A stretch of DNA of 64,000 nt, from NCBI RefSeq assembly GCF_018350175.1, contig NC_058368.1:45386001-45450000 (forward strand). The letters run 5' to 3'. The notes under the pieces were generated by a model. That model searched no databases. It had not been told where the DNA came from and saw nothing but the letters and a program-made list of their open reading frames with translations. A program made the position numbers and the translations under genes. This DNA comes from Felis catus (lineage: Eukaryota). Below are positions 1 through 12,561 of this stretch, piece by piece. Each line of letters opens with the position of its first letter. Position 1 is the stretch's first letter.

Positions 1-1824
1 TTGTTTCTACAAATGCTAAATTGAGACACCAATTTGTGTATACCTCAAAGACAGATACTAGGCAATAAAATTTCCAGTCCTGTTACTGTTCTAATCAGGG
101 CTCTTGGAAATCTCTTACATTTCCTTCTCCTGTCCCTCTGACATCCTCAAGCATAGACATATTTTTCTCTTTTTTATCCTGTTTTCTCTGCCAGAATTAT
201 TAGTTTCTTACTGTCACCCATATTCGCCCAGTGAGCTCCTTCTCGTCCTTTGAATTGCAAGTCAAATATTACGTTTCTTTTTGACAGTAGTCTTGTTTCT
301 TTATCTACACTATTAGCCTTTACCACCTATACAATTGCATAGGACATTGCTCACATTCCAATTTTTATATTGTTATTTATTGACTTTCCTAAATCTCCTA
401 CTGCTCTGAATTTTTCAAGGACTCAGCAACATGCTTCATTTGTCATTCCACCATAAATAGAGAAGACAGATTTTGAATCAAATCAGGTACTCACTGATCA
501 TTTGTTGAATAAATAATATTGAAAAGCAAAATATGAAACAAAGGGGGATGGGAACCCCCTTTGCCTTAGTAATGGTCATTCTGGAAAAAAAAAAGAGATG
601 TTGACTGTCTTATGTTTTTCACAGAAAAGCATAAAGCTTTCTTAAACCACGAAGGTACTGGACAAATAGTAAAGGCTGGATAACTAAGGGAATGAGAACT
701 TAGAACACATAACCATTAAACAATGAATTCCAATTATCCACAGATCACTAAATTTCATTTGCAGATGCTAACTATTCACATCATACACTAAGCCATATCT
801 CTTCTCACACAGATAGGTCATATTTAGCATAATTTATTCAGAATTGACAGCTCAAGTAATAAGGTATTTAGAGGAAGCGTACATCTTTTGGATACATGTA
901 TGCATAAACTGCCTTATGATACGAAGGCTTCAGAGCACTTCGAGATTTAACTTTTAGATTTATAGTGACTTTATCTTTATGGTTCAATATTTATTAGAAA
1001 GTTTCAACTTATTATGAAAAAGGAGATTCATCCAAAAGTGACCAAGCTTGATTCAGACATTGTTTTACAGGAGGTAATATGATTCAGTTTTCCCTGGCTT
1101 GAGAATATCAACATCAAATAAACGTAGGAATGCCTGGTTCACTGTATCATCATATTACCTAGAAATTTTACTATCTGAAGACATAAAAAATGTATTAGAG
1201 ATGATGTGAAAATTAGTTACCCAGTATGGGTTAAATATATTTCTTTTATTAAATTGTAGATTGGTACACAAATTATAAATTATATACTTGTAGCAATAAC
1301 ATTATTATCTGGCAATCTCTTCTCACTATAGTCAAACCCTGAACTGAGCATGACTCCTTTTTCCCTTTCCAACATACTTGCTTCTCACTGACCACTGCTA
1401 CATGATTAAATCTCATGAAATCACTGTCTGTGGACTGCGTATTTCCTAAATACAGAGTTTTTGCAGGTTTTCTACACTTTGATATCCCTGGGCTGTGGAA
1501 TATTGACCTGCCAGTGCTAGCTTCCCAATAGATATTCTACAAGAAATATTTATTAAGCGATTTCTAACTTACATTTGGTCATGATTTATCAGTTTAGATG
1601 GATTGTTTCTGTATATCAGTATTGATACAAAAACTATTAAGAATTCTTATTCCTCTCAAATTATTCAGTAGAAAGTATTTAAAATAATATGTCCTGAACC
1701 CATTGCTATATTTCTCTTCCTTTTTTCCCAGCGTACATACTGATGAAAATTCAGGAACTGTCTTGAGTGATACTCAAGTGAGAACAAGTTCCATCAGAAC
1801 TTTGCAGAATGCCTTCGTTGGTGT

Positions 1825-2449
1825 TGAAAGGAACAATCCAAATGACAGCCCTGCCTTAGTTTAAAGCTAGGTTCTCTTTTCTGCTTATTATGGATCTTTG
1901 ATAAGAAATACAATTGCTGAGAAGTCTGTTTTGCTTGCTGTTTGCTACGAGCATTGTGAGGCCTTTTCTGAATGTAACCCGCTGTGTAGTAGAATGGGTT
2001 GTAAACCTTCCTAAATGTAGTCTGATATGTAATGGAATGAGTGATTGTACATAAACTAACCGGCATTTCTCGCTTCTGTAAACCTGCTTGCTTAGCACAT
2101 TCCTCACCTAGCCTACCCCCTTCCCCCTTCCCCCTTTTTTCCTCCCGCCACAAGTAACGGACAAAGCCTTCCCGCCAAAGGACAGACAAAGGATGCCCAA
2201 TCAGAGAACAACAAATGTCCTTACTTTAAAATCAACTAATCAGGCCCCTCATAATTTGAAACCTCCCCTGTGCTATTTGTCTCTGTCTATAAAAACGCTG
2301 TACCAACCCTGATCGTGGCCTCTTGCGTCACCGGCGACGAGTGCGCAGAGGACCAGGTTCGAACCTGCAATAAACGACCCTTGCCGCTTGGCTTTGACTT
2401 ACGACTCTGGTGGACTTTTGTGGGAGGTTTCGGAACTTCGGGCATTACA
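1825..2449 (+). mobile_element. ERV1/gammaretrovirus-like solo LTR (625 bp)
   Basis: Starts TGAAAGG and ends GGGCATTACA; perfect 4-bp TSD GTGT at 1821-1824 and 2450-2453; CCAAT 2197-2201, TATAAAAA 2288-2295 and AATAAA 2369-2374 in U3-R-U5 order; CpG-rich; no PBS or internal sequence follows. Confidence 0.9.
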
Positions 2450-3870
2450 GTGTCTTCTTCAGAGGGACAGATTTTATGCATCACCCAGCTGTAGCTGGAA
2501 GACAAAAAATCCTAAAGGTCTTCTACTCCTCAAAAGTGTTTTCCTCTGCCTTATTGTTGAAATTCACTTCTACAGTTTTTGCTGCTTTAGAACAGTTAAG
2601 ATCTGTGAATACCTGTCTTGCTAGGGTTTAGATACTGAACTGGGTCACACTTTATACTTCTCTGATCATAGTCTCCTACCTCTTCAGAATACTCTTAATA
2701 CAATGTTCTCATCATTTCTATCTGCATATGCTTCTTGGTCTTGTCCTCTTGTTTTTTTCTTTCCTTTGTAATTTTGGTTTATTGTTGTTATTGTTTTGTT
2801 TTCCTCCCAGTGCTGGATAACCTCCTACAAATCAGAGGTATTTTTTCTGTCCTCCCCCAACATGAATTTGTCACTTAGAATCCTAAATCTGCATACTCTT
2901 GCCTCAGGATCACATTAGCAGCTTTTGGTTTGCAATACCAGAAACAAACATTGCTTCACAACCGTGAGACCACCATTTGATCTTTCTCCAGTATGGGTGG
3001 GAAAGTGTAGCTGCTCCAAGTGATAGAAGGGTTCATGTATCTAGAAAAGGCATAAACAGAACACTTGGGGAAAAAGTGAGCTTCCCTGAGAATAGGGCGT
3101 AATGTTGGCTTGTAGGGTTCAGTGTGTGCTCAGTGATGGAGACGCTGATCGCATGTAGCTTCGCTACTACTGTTTGTGTACACGTACGACGAGCATACGT
3201 GGGGGAGGCGGAATTCCTACCTAAGTGCTGAAGTAAATATGACCCCAGATATAGTGACTAGAAGCCTTGAATAAATTTCCCCATACCTTGGCAGTCGGTA
3301 AATCGGCTACTTTTCTCAAATCTTCAAACATCTAAATATTGACGTATACAGATTGAAATTGGAAAAAAGTTCCCAACATTTGAGACAGCTTAGTTTTTCT
3401 GGGGCAGGTGCAACCCCAGAAAAGGAAAATTGTCACGAGTATTCAGTGTTTCCCAAATGTCTGCAATCACATTATCTGCTACTCTGCCTGACAATTATAA
3501 GCTTAGTGTAGGATTTGTTTGACTTGGGAAAATGTAGCACTTTTGCTAAATGCTTTAGGGTACTTTCATATCTTTCGCATTCATTGCGGGGGGGGGGGGA
3601 GCTGTATTAACTTGCAAATTGTCATGTTTCACTTTTAGTTATATTATCCATTTTTTATGTGTTTGAAATAATCTTTGTTTTATAAGTTCACATGCTTTTA
3701 TAAAGTTATAGGAATATTCTTTGCCAACCCATATTGCCACCTGGCCCCTGATTAAATATTAGCATAACTCAATTACTAACATGTTGGCATGCTAATCTTT
3801 AAGTCTAGTCTGCTCTAATATTGTAATAATATTTTACTGTAATCTACTGTTAATTTTATTCTGAAGTATA

Positions 3871-3894
3871 TTTTTTAAGTTTATTTTATTTATT

Positions 3895-3941
<47 letters not shown>

Positions 3942-4085
3942 GAATGGGTGAGGGGCAGGGAGAGAGGGAGACTGAGAACCGAAGCAGCTGAGCCTGATGT
4001 AGGGTTTAATCCCACAAACCATGATCATGACCTGAGCTGAAATCAAGAGTTGGACGCTTAACCGACTGAACCACCCAGGTGCCCC
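3871..4085 (-). mobile_element. CanSINE (SINEC_Fc2-like)
   Basis: Reverse complement of the GGGGCACCTGGGTGG head, (GA)n tract, T-rich tail. Confidence 0.92.
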
Positions 4086-4128
4086 AATTTAGAATTATTA
4101 TATAACTAGTATTAAAATTTGGACTATA

Positions 4129-4339
4129 GGGGTGACTGGGTGGCTCAGTTGGTTAAGCATCAACTTCAGCTCAGGTCATGATCTCAGGGTTCGCAAGTTT
4201 GACAGAGCAGAACCTGGAGCCTGCTTTGAGTTCTGTGTCACCTGCTCTGTCCCTCTTCTTCTCATGCTCTGTCTCTCAAAATAAAAATATGTAACATTAA
4301 ATAATAAACATTAAAAAATGAATAAACATTAAAAAAATC
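4129..4339 (+). mobile_element. CanSINE, diverged
   Basis: GGGGTGACTGGGTGGCTCAG head and A-rich tail; TSD AAAAT(T/G)TGGACTATA at ~4114-4128 and ~4340-4354. Confidence 0.9.
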
Positions 4340-4735
4340 AAAATGTGGACTATAGCAGATTCCAGTTTGGGAGTGTTACTTACTTCTTCACATCTCTTAG
4401 CCTCACTGAGTCATATCACTTTGTCCTCAAGGGTCCAAAAGACAACTGATTGAGGCAACCCCGAGAAACCCTTGTATTTGTTTGAAGACAGTATGGAACC
4501 AATAGAGAGAAAGTAGACACGCTGGAAAGGTTAGGGATAGGGAAAGAAAATATCTAATATTCTTTGAAGCACAATAGGTATTCAAAAAATATACCCATTT
4601 TTATATCAGTTTAATGGATTTGAGAAGCCTGAATTATGACACAAGTTGAGAATAGTATTTCAAAATGATTGTTTTATGAAGAACAATGATATGTAAAGTG
4701 GATCAAAAGTAACTATGTGGATCCATTGAATCAGC

Positions 4736-4737
<2 letters not shown>

Positions 4738-4779
<42 letters not shown>
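4738..4779. repeat. (TG)n microsatellite
   Basis: Pure TG dinucleotide run. Confidence 0.95.
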
Positions 4780-4782
<3 letters not shown>

Positions 4783-7069
4783 ATGTACCTGCACTGAATA
4801 GATTGGGCACATAAAAATCTTCACCAAGAAGAATAAGAAAGTCTGAAAAAAAAAAAAAAAACCACTGGTAAAAAAAAATATTCGAAAGAATTAGAATAGA
4901 AAAAGGAAATTAATGGAAAAATGCTGAAATCCAAATAGTTTAGAGTTCACTTAGCATTAATGTACCGATGTTAGATTCTTCGTTTGACAAATGTGCTGTA
5001 ATAATATAAGATGATAATATTAGAGGAAACTGTAACTGTACTAAAGGTGTATAGGAACTCTACTTTTTTTTTGCCACTTTTCTATAAATCTGTTTTTTTC
5101 CAAAATAAAAACAAATACTTAAAATGTAAAAATGTATAAGGTGAAGAGCAGAAAGTGAAAAAATTCTCACAAAATAAGATAGGAAAAATTCTGAAAACCT
5201 TCCCCAAAATTATAAGAATATTTGATGAGAAAACGATAGGAAGCAGGTGCCACCTGCAGGTCCTTTGGTGATTTTACTTTGGTTTCTGTAGGGCACAAGA
5301 GCATCATGATCTCATGGGTTAAAATGATAGTGGTTCATTGTAGGAAATAATAGGGAGAGAGAGAGAGCAGTGAGTGGGTTTCTCTCAGCTTTCTTACATA
5401 GCTGTTGTATGAGTATTGCCCTAGACAGACAGAAACAGTGGGAGCGACTTAAAATGCAAAGATAGGTACACAAAAGCTCTGCTGGCAATACCTATTTTCT
5501 AAAGCTCCATGCAGATCTAGGAGAAAGCAGATCTGGGCCACTGCTGTGTATGTGCCCAACACTTTGGTGAATGTGTGTCCTTTCCTCTAGTGATCTGCTG
5601 CCTTCACTCAACTATGTTGGTACCTTAGGATATAAATTAGCCCACCCACATTTTCACCAGTACATAGCTGGTTAAATAAAGTATGATACATTCACACAGT
5701 GAATTATATACAACACTTACTAATAATAGAGATGCAAGTTGATATGCATTGACATGGAGAAATCACAACAGGTAGTCCCAATATCTTACTAAGTGAAAAA
5801 TATAGATTACAAAAGACTTGAACAGTGTCTGTCCACCTGCCTATTGATCTATCTCAAAAAACTTGGAAGGATTTACTCTAAAATGTTAATAGCACTTATC
5901 TTCAGAAAAAATGGTGACTTTAAGCTTTTATCTTTTTACTTCTAGTATTGCATGTTTTTATAAAGAGTATATTACTTCAGTGATCAAGGAAGAGTCAAGT
6001 ATTTCTCCTAGGAAAAAACTGACTTTTATTTTTCCAAGAAATGAGCTACTAGCATTTCAGTTCTGTCTTTGTTAGAGAGAAGTTTTCTGTTCCCAAACTA
6101 CGGGGCACTCATGAGTCTTCCTAACCATGTCTGGACACAGGGGAGAGTATACATGAAAGAACCTGCCTGTGGATTACTTACATGAAGAGAAAATAGACAC
6201 AGTGGTCATTATGCAAAAGAACATAAAATATGATGTGAAGACTTCATGCCATAGAAAGGGCACATGTGTATCACTAGCACTGGCTCCTCTTCAGATGACA
6301 CTGAGAACCAAAATCCATTGTATTTAGTCAGGGACTTTCTTACATTATGACAGTTCAGGAAAATAGAGGAAGTTTCCGTGCCACCCTATGTCCCCATGGT
6401 GATAAGCGTGCATTGATGACAGTGACCATACTGAGAAGAATGGAGCACTGGACTTACTACTGAGGAAGATTTACCACCGTGAATACTACTTAACTCATGT
6501 TCCCATAGGTTCCCTTTAGTCTCTACACATTGGGGTCCCAGAGTCCTCACCTATTCTATGGCAAATAATGGGATCCAAGCTCTAGAGAGAGGCTGAACAG
6601 TTGAGGGAAGCCCTAATGTAACTTCTTTATTTTTTTTAAACTGGAATCTTCCCAAACTCAAAAGATCTAAAGGAGAATTATTTCCTGCACTGTATTTAAG
6701 CAGCCACCCACACACAATGCTACACATAAACCCTTACTGTTCAGCCAATAGTTACTTTTCCTAAAGCAATACCACTGAGACTGCCAACAGGCACAGATTT
6801 AGTCAAGGTTTTGACTCTTGGTTGATTTACAAGAAAATAAATGAAACTGCTAAACACAAATATTTTTAAATGTTCATTATAAATACAAGCAAAGTAAGGC
6901 ATAGTCAAGGATGTATTATGTCTATCAAATATTAATTATTAATATTTTAGTATAATTAAAATATAATTTTATTTTTATGTTTACATTATTTTATACATTT
7001 ATATTTTAATATAATTAAAATATAATATTATTAAATGTTAAATAGCATCATTATTAATCTTGTATAAAA

Positions 7070-7685
7070 ATTGGCAGGTAGTTTCTTACATTTATATGAA
7101 AATGTAAAGAATGGAAATAGCCAAGACGATACTGAGGAAGAAACAAATGTAGAGAACTTAACCAATAGTTATCAAAACTTATTTTAAAATATAGTAATAG
7201 AGACAGTATGCCTTAGCACAAGCATAAATGAACAGACCAATAGAAATCCAAAACAGACCCATGTATAGCCACCAAAAGACATATGACAAATATGGCTCTG
7301 TAGTGAAGAGAACAGTCTGCTGAATAAATGTATTGAGTCAGCTAGCTAATCATATGTAACCAGATGAATTCTACACCCTGCCTTCCACCATACAAAAACC
7401 TATATTCCAAATGAAATAGAATTCTATATATGGGAAGGACAAACCAAAAAAGTTTCTAAGAGTGAAATAAAATATCTTCATGATCCCTATGCCGACAGAT
7501 GTTTTCAAAAACCACTAAGCATAAGGGAAAAAAATAAACTGGACTATATGCAACTTAATAAATCATTTTATTCAAGTATCCTTATGAAAGAATAAAAATA
7601 CAAGCCACAAAATGGGATCAGATATTTATAATACATATATCTAACAAGTGACCAGTATTAATAAGAAATGTCTAAAATCAGTAAT
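7070..7685 (+). mobile_element. Old L1 (L1M-type) ORF2 3' fragment; appears to resume at ~8100-8250
   Basis: Decayed L1 ORF2-like motifs (gaaatagccaagacgatactgaggaagaaacaaatg; agaccaatagaaatcc; cacattaaaaccaca). Confidence 0.6.
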
Positions 7686-8319
7686 TAGCTTTCCCCACAG
7701 ATAGTGTTCTTGCAAACATGGTGAACATTCCTAAGTCCTGCCAGAATTTCTGCAGGAAGTGGGGCAGGCACCAACCCCACAAAGTGACAGAATACAAGAA
7801 AAGCAAAATTTTTATTTATGCCCAGGGAAAGTGACATTATGACAGGAAGCAGAGTGGCTACAGTGGGTAGACTAAGCCGATTTTCTGGAAAAAGTCTAAA
7901 ATACAAAGAAGATTGTGCTGAGGCTTGAATGGGTTGAGCCCCAGTGCAGATATAGGGGAATGCTAGCTATTAAGATTTTGAACTGGGGAGGAGATAAGAA
8001 GAGAAAAAGCCAAGTGATCCAGTTCTAAGCTTCATATATTGTTATAATATGAAGACAATAAAATATTGAGGTTATGTTCATGAAAGAAAGAAAGAGAAAA
8101 TCAAAGGGAAAATTGGTTAAAGACTTAAATGCACATTTTGCAAAAGTGGAAAATCAAATATTTAACCTATAAAAATTGCCTCATCATCATTATTCAAAAG
8201 GGACATGCACATTAAAACCACAAAAAAATTACCAGACACCTACCAGAAGAGTTCTGAGTTTTAGTCAGTATTTTAGATAATCAAGTGTAGCAACTATCAT
8301 ATAATTCTTTGGATTTTCA

Positions 8320-8604
8320 ATTTTACTGATGTATGATTAATAAATAATAATTGCATATATTTAAATTGTACAACATGATGCTTTTGTATATGTATAAATT
8401 GTGAAACAATTACTACAATCAAGCTAATTAACATATCCCTGATAATCACATTCTATATGCTATTACTGTTTTAGATTTTGACATTTTTAGACTTTTTTTT
8501 TTTAGATTCCATATATAAGGGATATCATGCAGTATTTTTCTTTCTGTATCTGGCTTATTTCATTTAGCATAATGTCTTCCAGGTTAATCTATGTTGTTGC
8601 AAAT
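8320..8604 (-). mobile_element. L1MA-type 3' end fragment
   Basis: Antisense L1 3' end motifs: tagattccatatataagggatatcatgcagtatttttctttctgtatctggcttatttcatttagcataatg. Confidence 0.8.
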
Positions 8605-10517
8605 CTGAGCCTAACAATACTTAAAAACAATCATTCACCATGATCAAGTAGGATGCAAGAGTGGTTCAATATTTGCAAATCAATGTGATATATCACATGA
8701 ATAAGAGAAAAGATAAAAACCATATGATCATTTCAATAGATGCAGAAAAAGCATAGACAAAGCACTTATTCATGCTAAAAACCCTCAACAAAGCAAATTT
8801 AGAGGGTAACATGATAAAGGCCATATATTAAAAAACCACATTAGTTAACATCAGACTATTGCCCTAAGGTCAGGAACAAGACAAGGGTGTCTTGTCTCAC
8901 CAATTTTATTCAACATAGTACTGGAAGTCCTTGCCACAGCAAGAAGAAACAGGAATAAAAATCCAAATTGGTAAGGAAGAATTAAAATTTTCACTACTTG
9001 TAGATGACCTGATATTATAGATATAAAACCCTAAAGACTCCACCAAAAAACTAACAGAACTGAATTATAAATGAATTCAGTCAGGTGACAGGATACAAAA
9101 CCAATATAAAGAAATCTGTTGCATTTCTATACACAAATAATAAAGTGGCAGAAAAAGAAATTAAGAAGACAATGCCATTCATAACTGCACCAAAAATAAT
9201 ACAATATGTAGGAATAAACTTAATCCAAGAGGTGAAAGACTGGTACCCTGAAAATTATAAAACTGATAAAAGGAATCAAAGACAACACAAATGAATAGAA
9301 AATGAATAGAAAAATATTCCATGCTCATGGATTAGAAGAATACATATTGTTAAAATGTCCATACAAACAAAGCAATCTACAGATTTAATGTAATCCCTAT
9401 CAAAATTTCAAAAACATGTTTCACAGAAGTAGAACACATAATCCTAAAATTTGTATGGAAACCCAAAAGACCCTGAATAACCAAAGCAAACTTGAAAAGA
9501 ACAAAATGAGATGTATCATAATCCCAGATTTCAAGATAGACATATAGGTCAATGGAACAGAATAGAGAGCCCAAAAATAAACCCATGATACATGACCAAT
9601 TAATCTTCAAAAAGGAGACAAGAATATGCAATGGGAAAGAGACAGTCCCTTTCACAAACAGTGTTAGGAAAACGACAGCAACATGCAAAAGAATGAAACT
9701 GGAACACTTATTTTCACCATATACAAAAATAAATTTAAATGGATTAAAGACTTAAATGTGAGACATAAAACCATGAATATCCTAGAAGAGAGCAAAGGCA
9801 GCAATTTCTCCGATATTGGTTGTAGCAACATCCTTCTAGATATGTCTCCTAATGCAAGGGAAACAAGAACAAAAATAAACTAATGAGACTACATGAAAAG
9901 AAAATCTTTTGTATAGCAAAGGAAACAATGAACAAAACTAAAAGTCAATCTACTGAATGGGAGAAGATATTTGCAAATGACATATTTAATAAAGGATTAT
10001 TATCCAAAATATATTAAGAACTTATACAACTCAACATTAAAACAACAAATAATCCAATTAAAATGGGTAGGACACATGAGCAGACATCGCTCCAAAGAAG
10101 ACATGCAGATGGTCAACAGACACATGAAAGATGTTCAACATCACTAATCATGAGGTAAATGCAAATCAAAATCACAATGAGATATCACTTCACATCCATC
10201 AGGATGGCTAAAATCAAAAACACAAGAAACAAGTGTTGGTGAGGATATGGAGAACAAGGAACCTTCATGCACTGTTGGTGGGAACATGAATTGGTGCAGT
10301 CACTGTGGAAAACACTATGGAGTTTCCTCAAAAAATTAAAAATAGAATTACCGTATGATCCAGTAATTTCACTTCTAGGTATATACCCAACAATACAAAA
10401 ACACTAATTCAAAAATATATATCCCCCTGTCTTTATTGTAGCCTTATTTACAATAGCCAAATTATGGAAACAGCCCAAGTGTCCATGGATAGATAGATGA
10501 ATGGATGAAGAAGAGGT

Positions 10518-10519
<2 letters not shown>

Positions 10520-10563
<44 letters not shown>

Positions 10564-10652
10564 CACATATATATATGTATATATATACACATATACATAC
10601 ATATGTGAATATATATGTATATATATATTTGATATATATATTTGATATATAC
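10520..10652. repeat. (TG)n plus (TA)-rich compound microsatellite inside L1
   Basis: Visible dinucleotide runs. Confidence 0.9.
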
Positions 10653-10787
10653 ATCAAATACTAATCAGCCATAAAGATAGAATACAATCTTGCAATTTGC
10701 AACATAGATGGGTATTATGCTAAGTGAAATAAGTCAGAGAAAGACAAATAACATGATTTCACTCATGTGGAAGAAAAAAAAAAACAT

Positions 10788-10999
10788 GGAGCACCTGGGT
10801 AGCTCAGTCGGTTAAGCATCTGACTTCAACTCAGGTCATGATCTCATGGTTCGTGAGTTCGAGTCCTGCATTGGGCTCTGTGCTGACAGCTCAAAGCCCA
10901 GAGCCTGCTTCAGATTCTGTCTCCCTCTCTCTCTGCCCCTCCCCTGCTCACACTCTGTGTGTGTCTCTCTCTCAAAAAATAAACATTAAAAAAATAAAA
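10788..10999 (+). mobile_element. CanSINE nested in L1 3' region
   Basis: GGAGCACCTGGGTAGCTCAGTCGG head, (CT)n tract, AATAAA-rich tail. Confidence 0.92.
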
Positions 11000-11266
11000 G
11001 AAAATGAACAAAAGAAAAAAGAGACAAACCAAGAAACAGACTTTTAACTACAGAGAGCAAACTAATGGTTATCAGAGGGGAGGTGGGAAATAGGTGAAGG
11101 GGATTAAAGAGTATACTTCTCATGATGAGCAGTGAATCATGTATATAATTATTGAATCACTATATTGTATACTGAAACTAATATAACACTGTATGTTAAT
11201 TATACTGACATTAACAGAAAAAATGCAAGAATCATTCCCTGTATATTATCTTTTCCCTTAAAAATA

Positions 11267-11502
11267 TAAGTATACCTCATTTTATTGTTTACTGCTTTAT
11301 TGTGCTTCTAAGATATTGTTTTGCTTGTTTGTTTTTTACAAATTGGAGGTTTGTGGCAATCCTGTTTTGGATAAATCAATGAGTCATGTTTTCCCAACAA
11401 CATTTTCTCCCTCCATGTTTTCTGTGTCACATTTTGGTAATTCTTGCAATATTTCAAACATTATTATCATTATTATTTTAAAGTTTATTTATTTATTTAT
11501 TT

Positions 11503-11562
<60 letters not shown>

Positions 11563-12057
11563 GTTGGAGGGAGGTGGGGGGGGAGAGAGAGAGAGAATCC
11601 CAAGTACCATCAGCACAGAGCAAGATATGGAGCTCAAACTCACAAACCGTGAGATTATGGCCTGAGCTGAAATCAAGAGTCATTCGCTCAACTGACTGAG
11701 CCACCCAGGCACCCCTCAAACATTATTATTATTATGTTATTAATTTTATTTTTATTATTTTATTTATTATTATTAAATTATTATATTTTTCATGGTGGTC
11801 TGTCATCAGTGATTACAGTTTACTGAAAGCTCAGAAAATGGTTAGCATTTTTTTTTTACTAATAAAGCATTTTTAGTTAAGGTACGTCTATATTTTAGAC
11901 ATAATTCTATTGCATATCTAATATACTACAAAATAGTGCAAACATAACTTTTGTATGCGCTGGAAAAGCAAAATATTCATTTGATTCATTTTATTACAAT
12001 ATTTACTTTATTGCTGTGGTCTAGAACCAAATCTACAGTATCTCTGAAGTACGCCTG
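11267..12057 (+). mobile_element. Internally deleted Tigger1 DNA transposon (Tigger1a_Car-like)
   Basis: 5' end taagtatacctcattttattg...ggaggtttgtggcaatcctg and 3' end ...tatctctgaagtacgcctg match Tigger1 termini; TA dinucleotides at 11265-66 and 12058-59; no transposase between the ends. Confidence 0.88.
11468..11715 (-). mobile_element. CanSINE nested in Tigger1
   Basis: TSD TCAAACATTATTAT at 11454-11467 and 11716-11729; long (GA)n tract. Confidence 0.92.
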
Positions 12058-12126
12058 TAGTATAAGATATAGGATACCCTAAGGAAAAGCCTAGTAAATG
12101 TTCCCTAAGGTTAACAGTGATTCTAT

Positions 12127-12529
12127 TTTTTTTATTTAAATTCAAGTTAGTTAACATAGAGTATAGTCTTGGCTTCAGAAGTAGAATCCAGTGATTCATC
12201 TCTTACAAAGGATACCTAGCAGTCATCCCAAGAAATGGCCCTCCTTAATGCCCATCACCCATTTAACCCATCCCCCACCCATCTCCCCTCTAGCAACTGT
12301 TTGTTCTCCATATTTAAGTTTCTTATGGTTTGCCTCCTTCTATGTTTTTACCTTATTTTTCCTTCCCTTCACCTATGTTCATCTGTTTTCTGAAATTCCA
12401 CATATGATTGAAATCATATGATATCTGTCTTTCTCTGAATGACTTATTTGGCTTAGCATACTACACTCTAGTTCCATCCACATTGCAAATGGCAAGATTT
12501 CATCTCTTTCATCACTGGATAGTATTCCA

Positions 12530-12561
<32 letters not shown>

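Larger units (their letters stand above)
8610..11222 (+). mobile_element. 5'-truncated carnivore LINE-1 (ORF2 RT/C-terminal part and 3' UTR), decayed
   Basis: ORF fragments 9085-9294 (GYKTNIKKSVAFLYTNN...GINLIQEVKD) and 9683-9883 (KWIKDLNVRHKTMNILEE) are L1 ORF2p; carnivore L1 3' UTR; interrupted by microsatellites and a SINE. Confidence 0.92.

Noticed and set aside
1740..1800. Possible C/D-box snoRNA on the minus strand (TGATGG...CTGA)
   Set aside because: Imperfect box C, span too short, no recognisable guide
1794..2631. Several overlapping ORFs
   Set aside because: They lie in or across the solo LTR, with no gag/pol/env similarity
6020..6620. GC-elevated stretch resembling a pseudogene
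   Set aside because: Multiple stops in the frames read and no recognisable protein, poly-A or TSD
7690..8030. Possible LTR fragment splitting an old L1
   Set aside because: No confident termini, TSD or family match by eye
8320..8620. Possible twin-priming inversion at the 5' end of the L1
   Set aside because: The minus piece is a 3' end of a different, older L1 family
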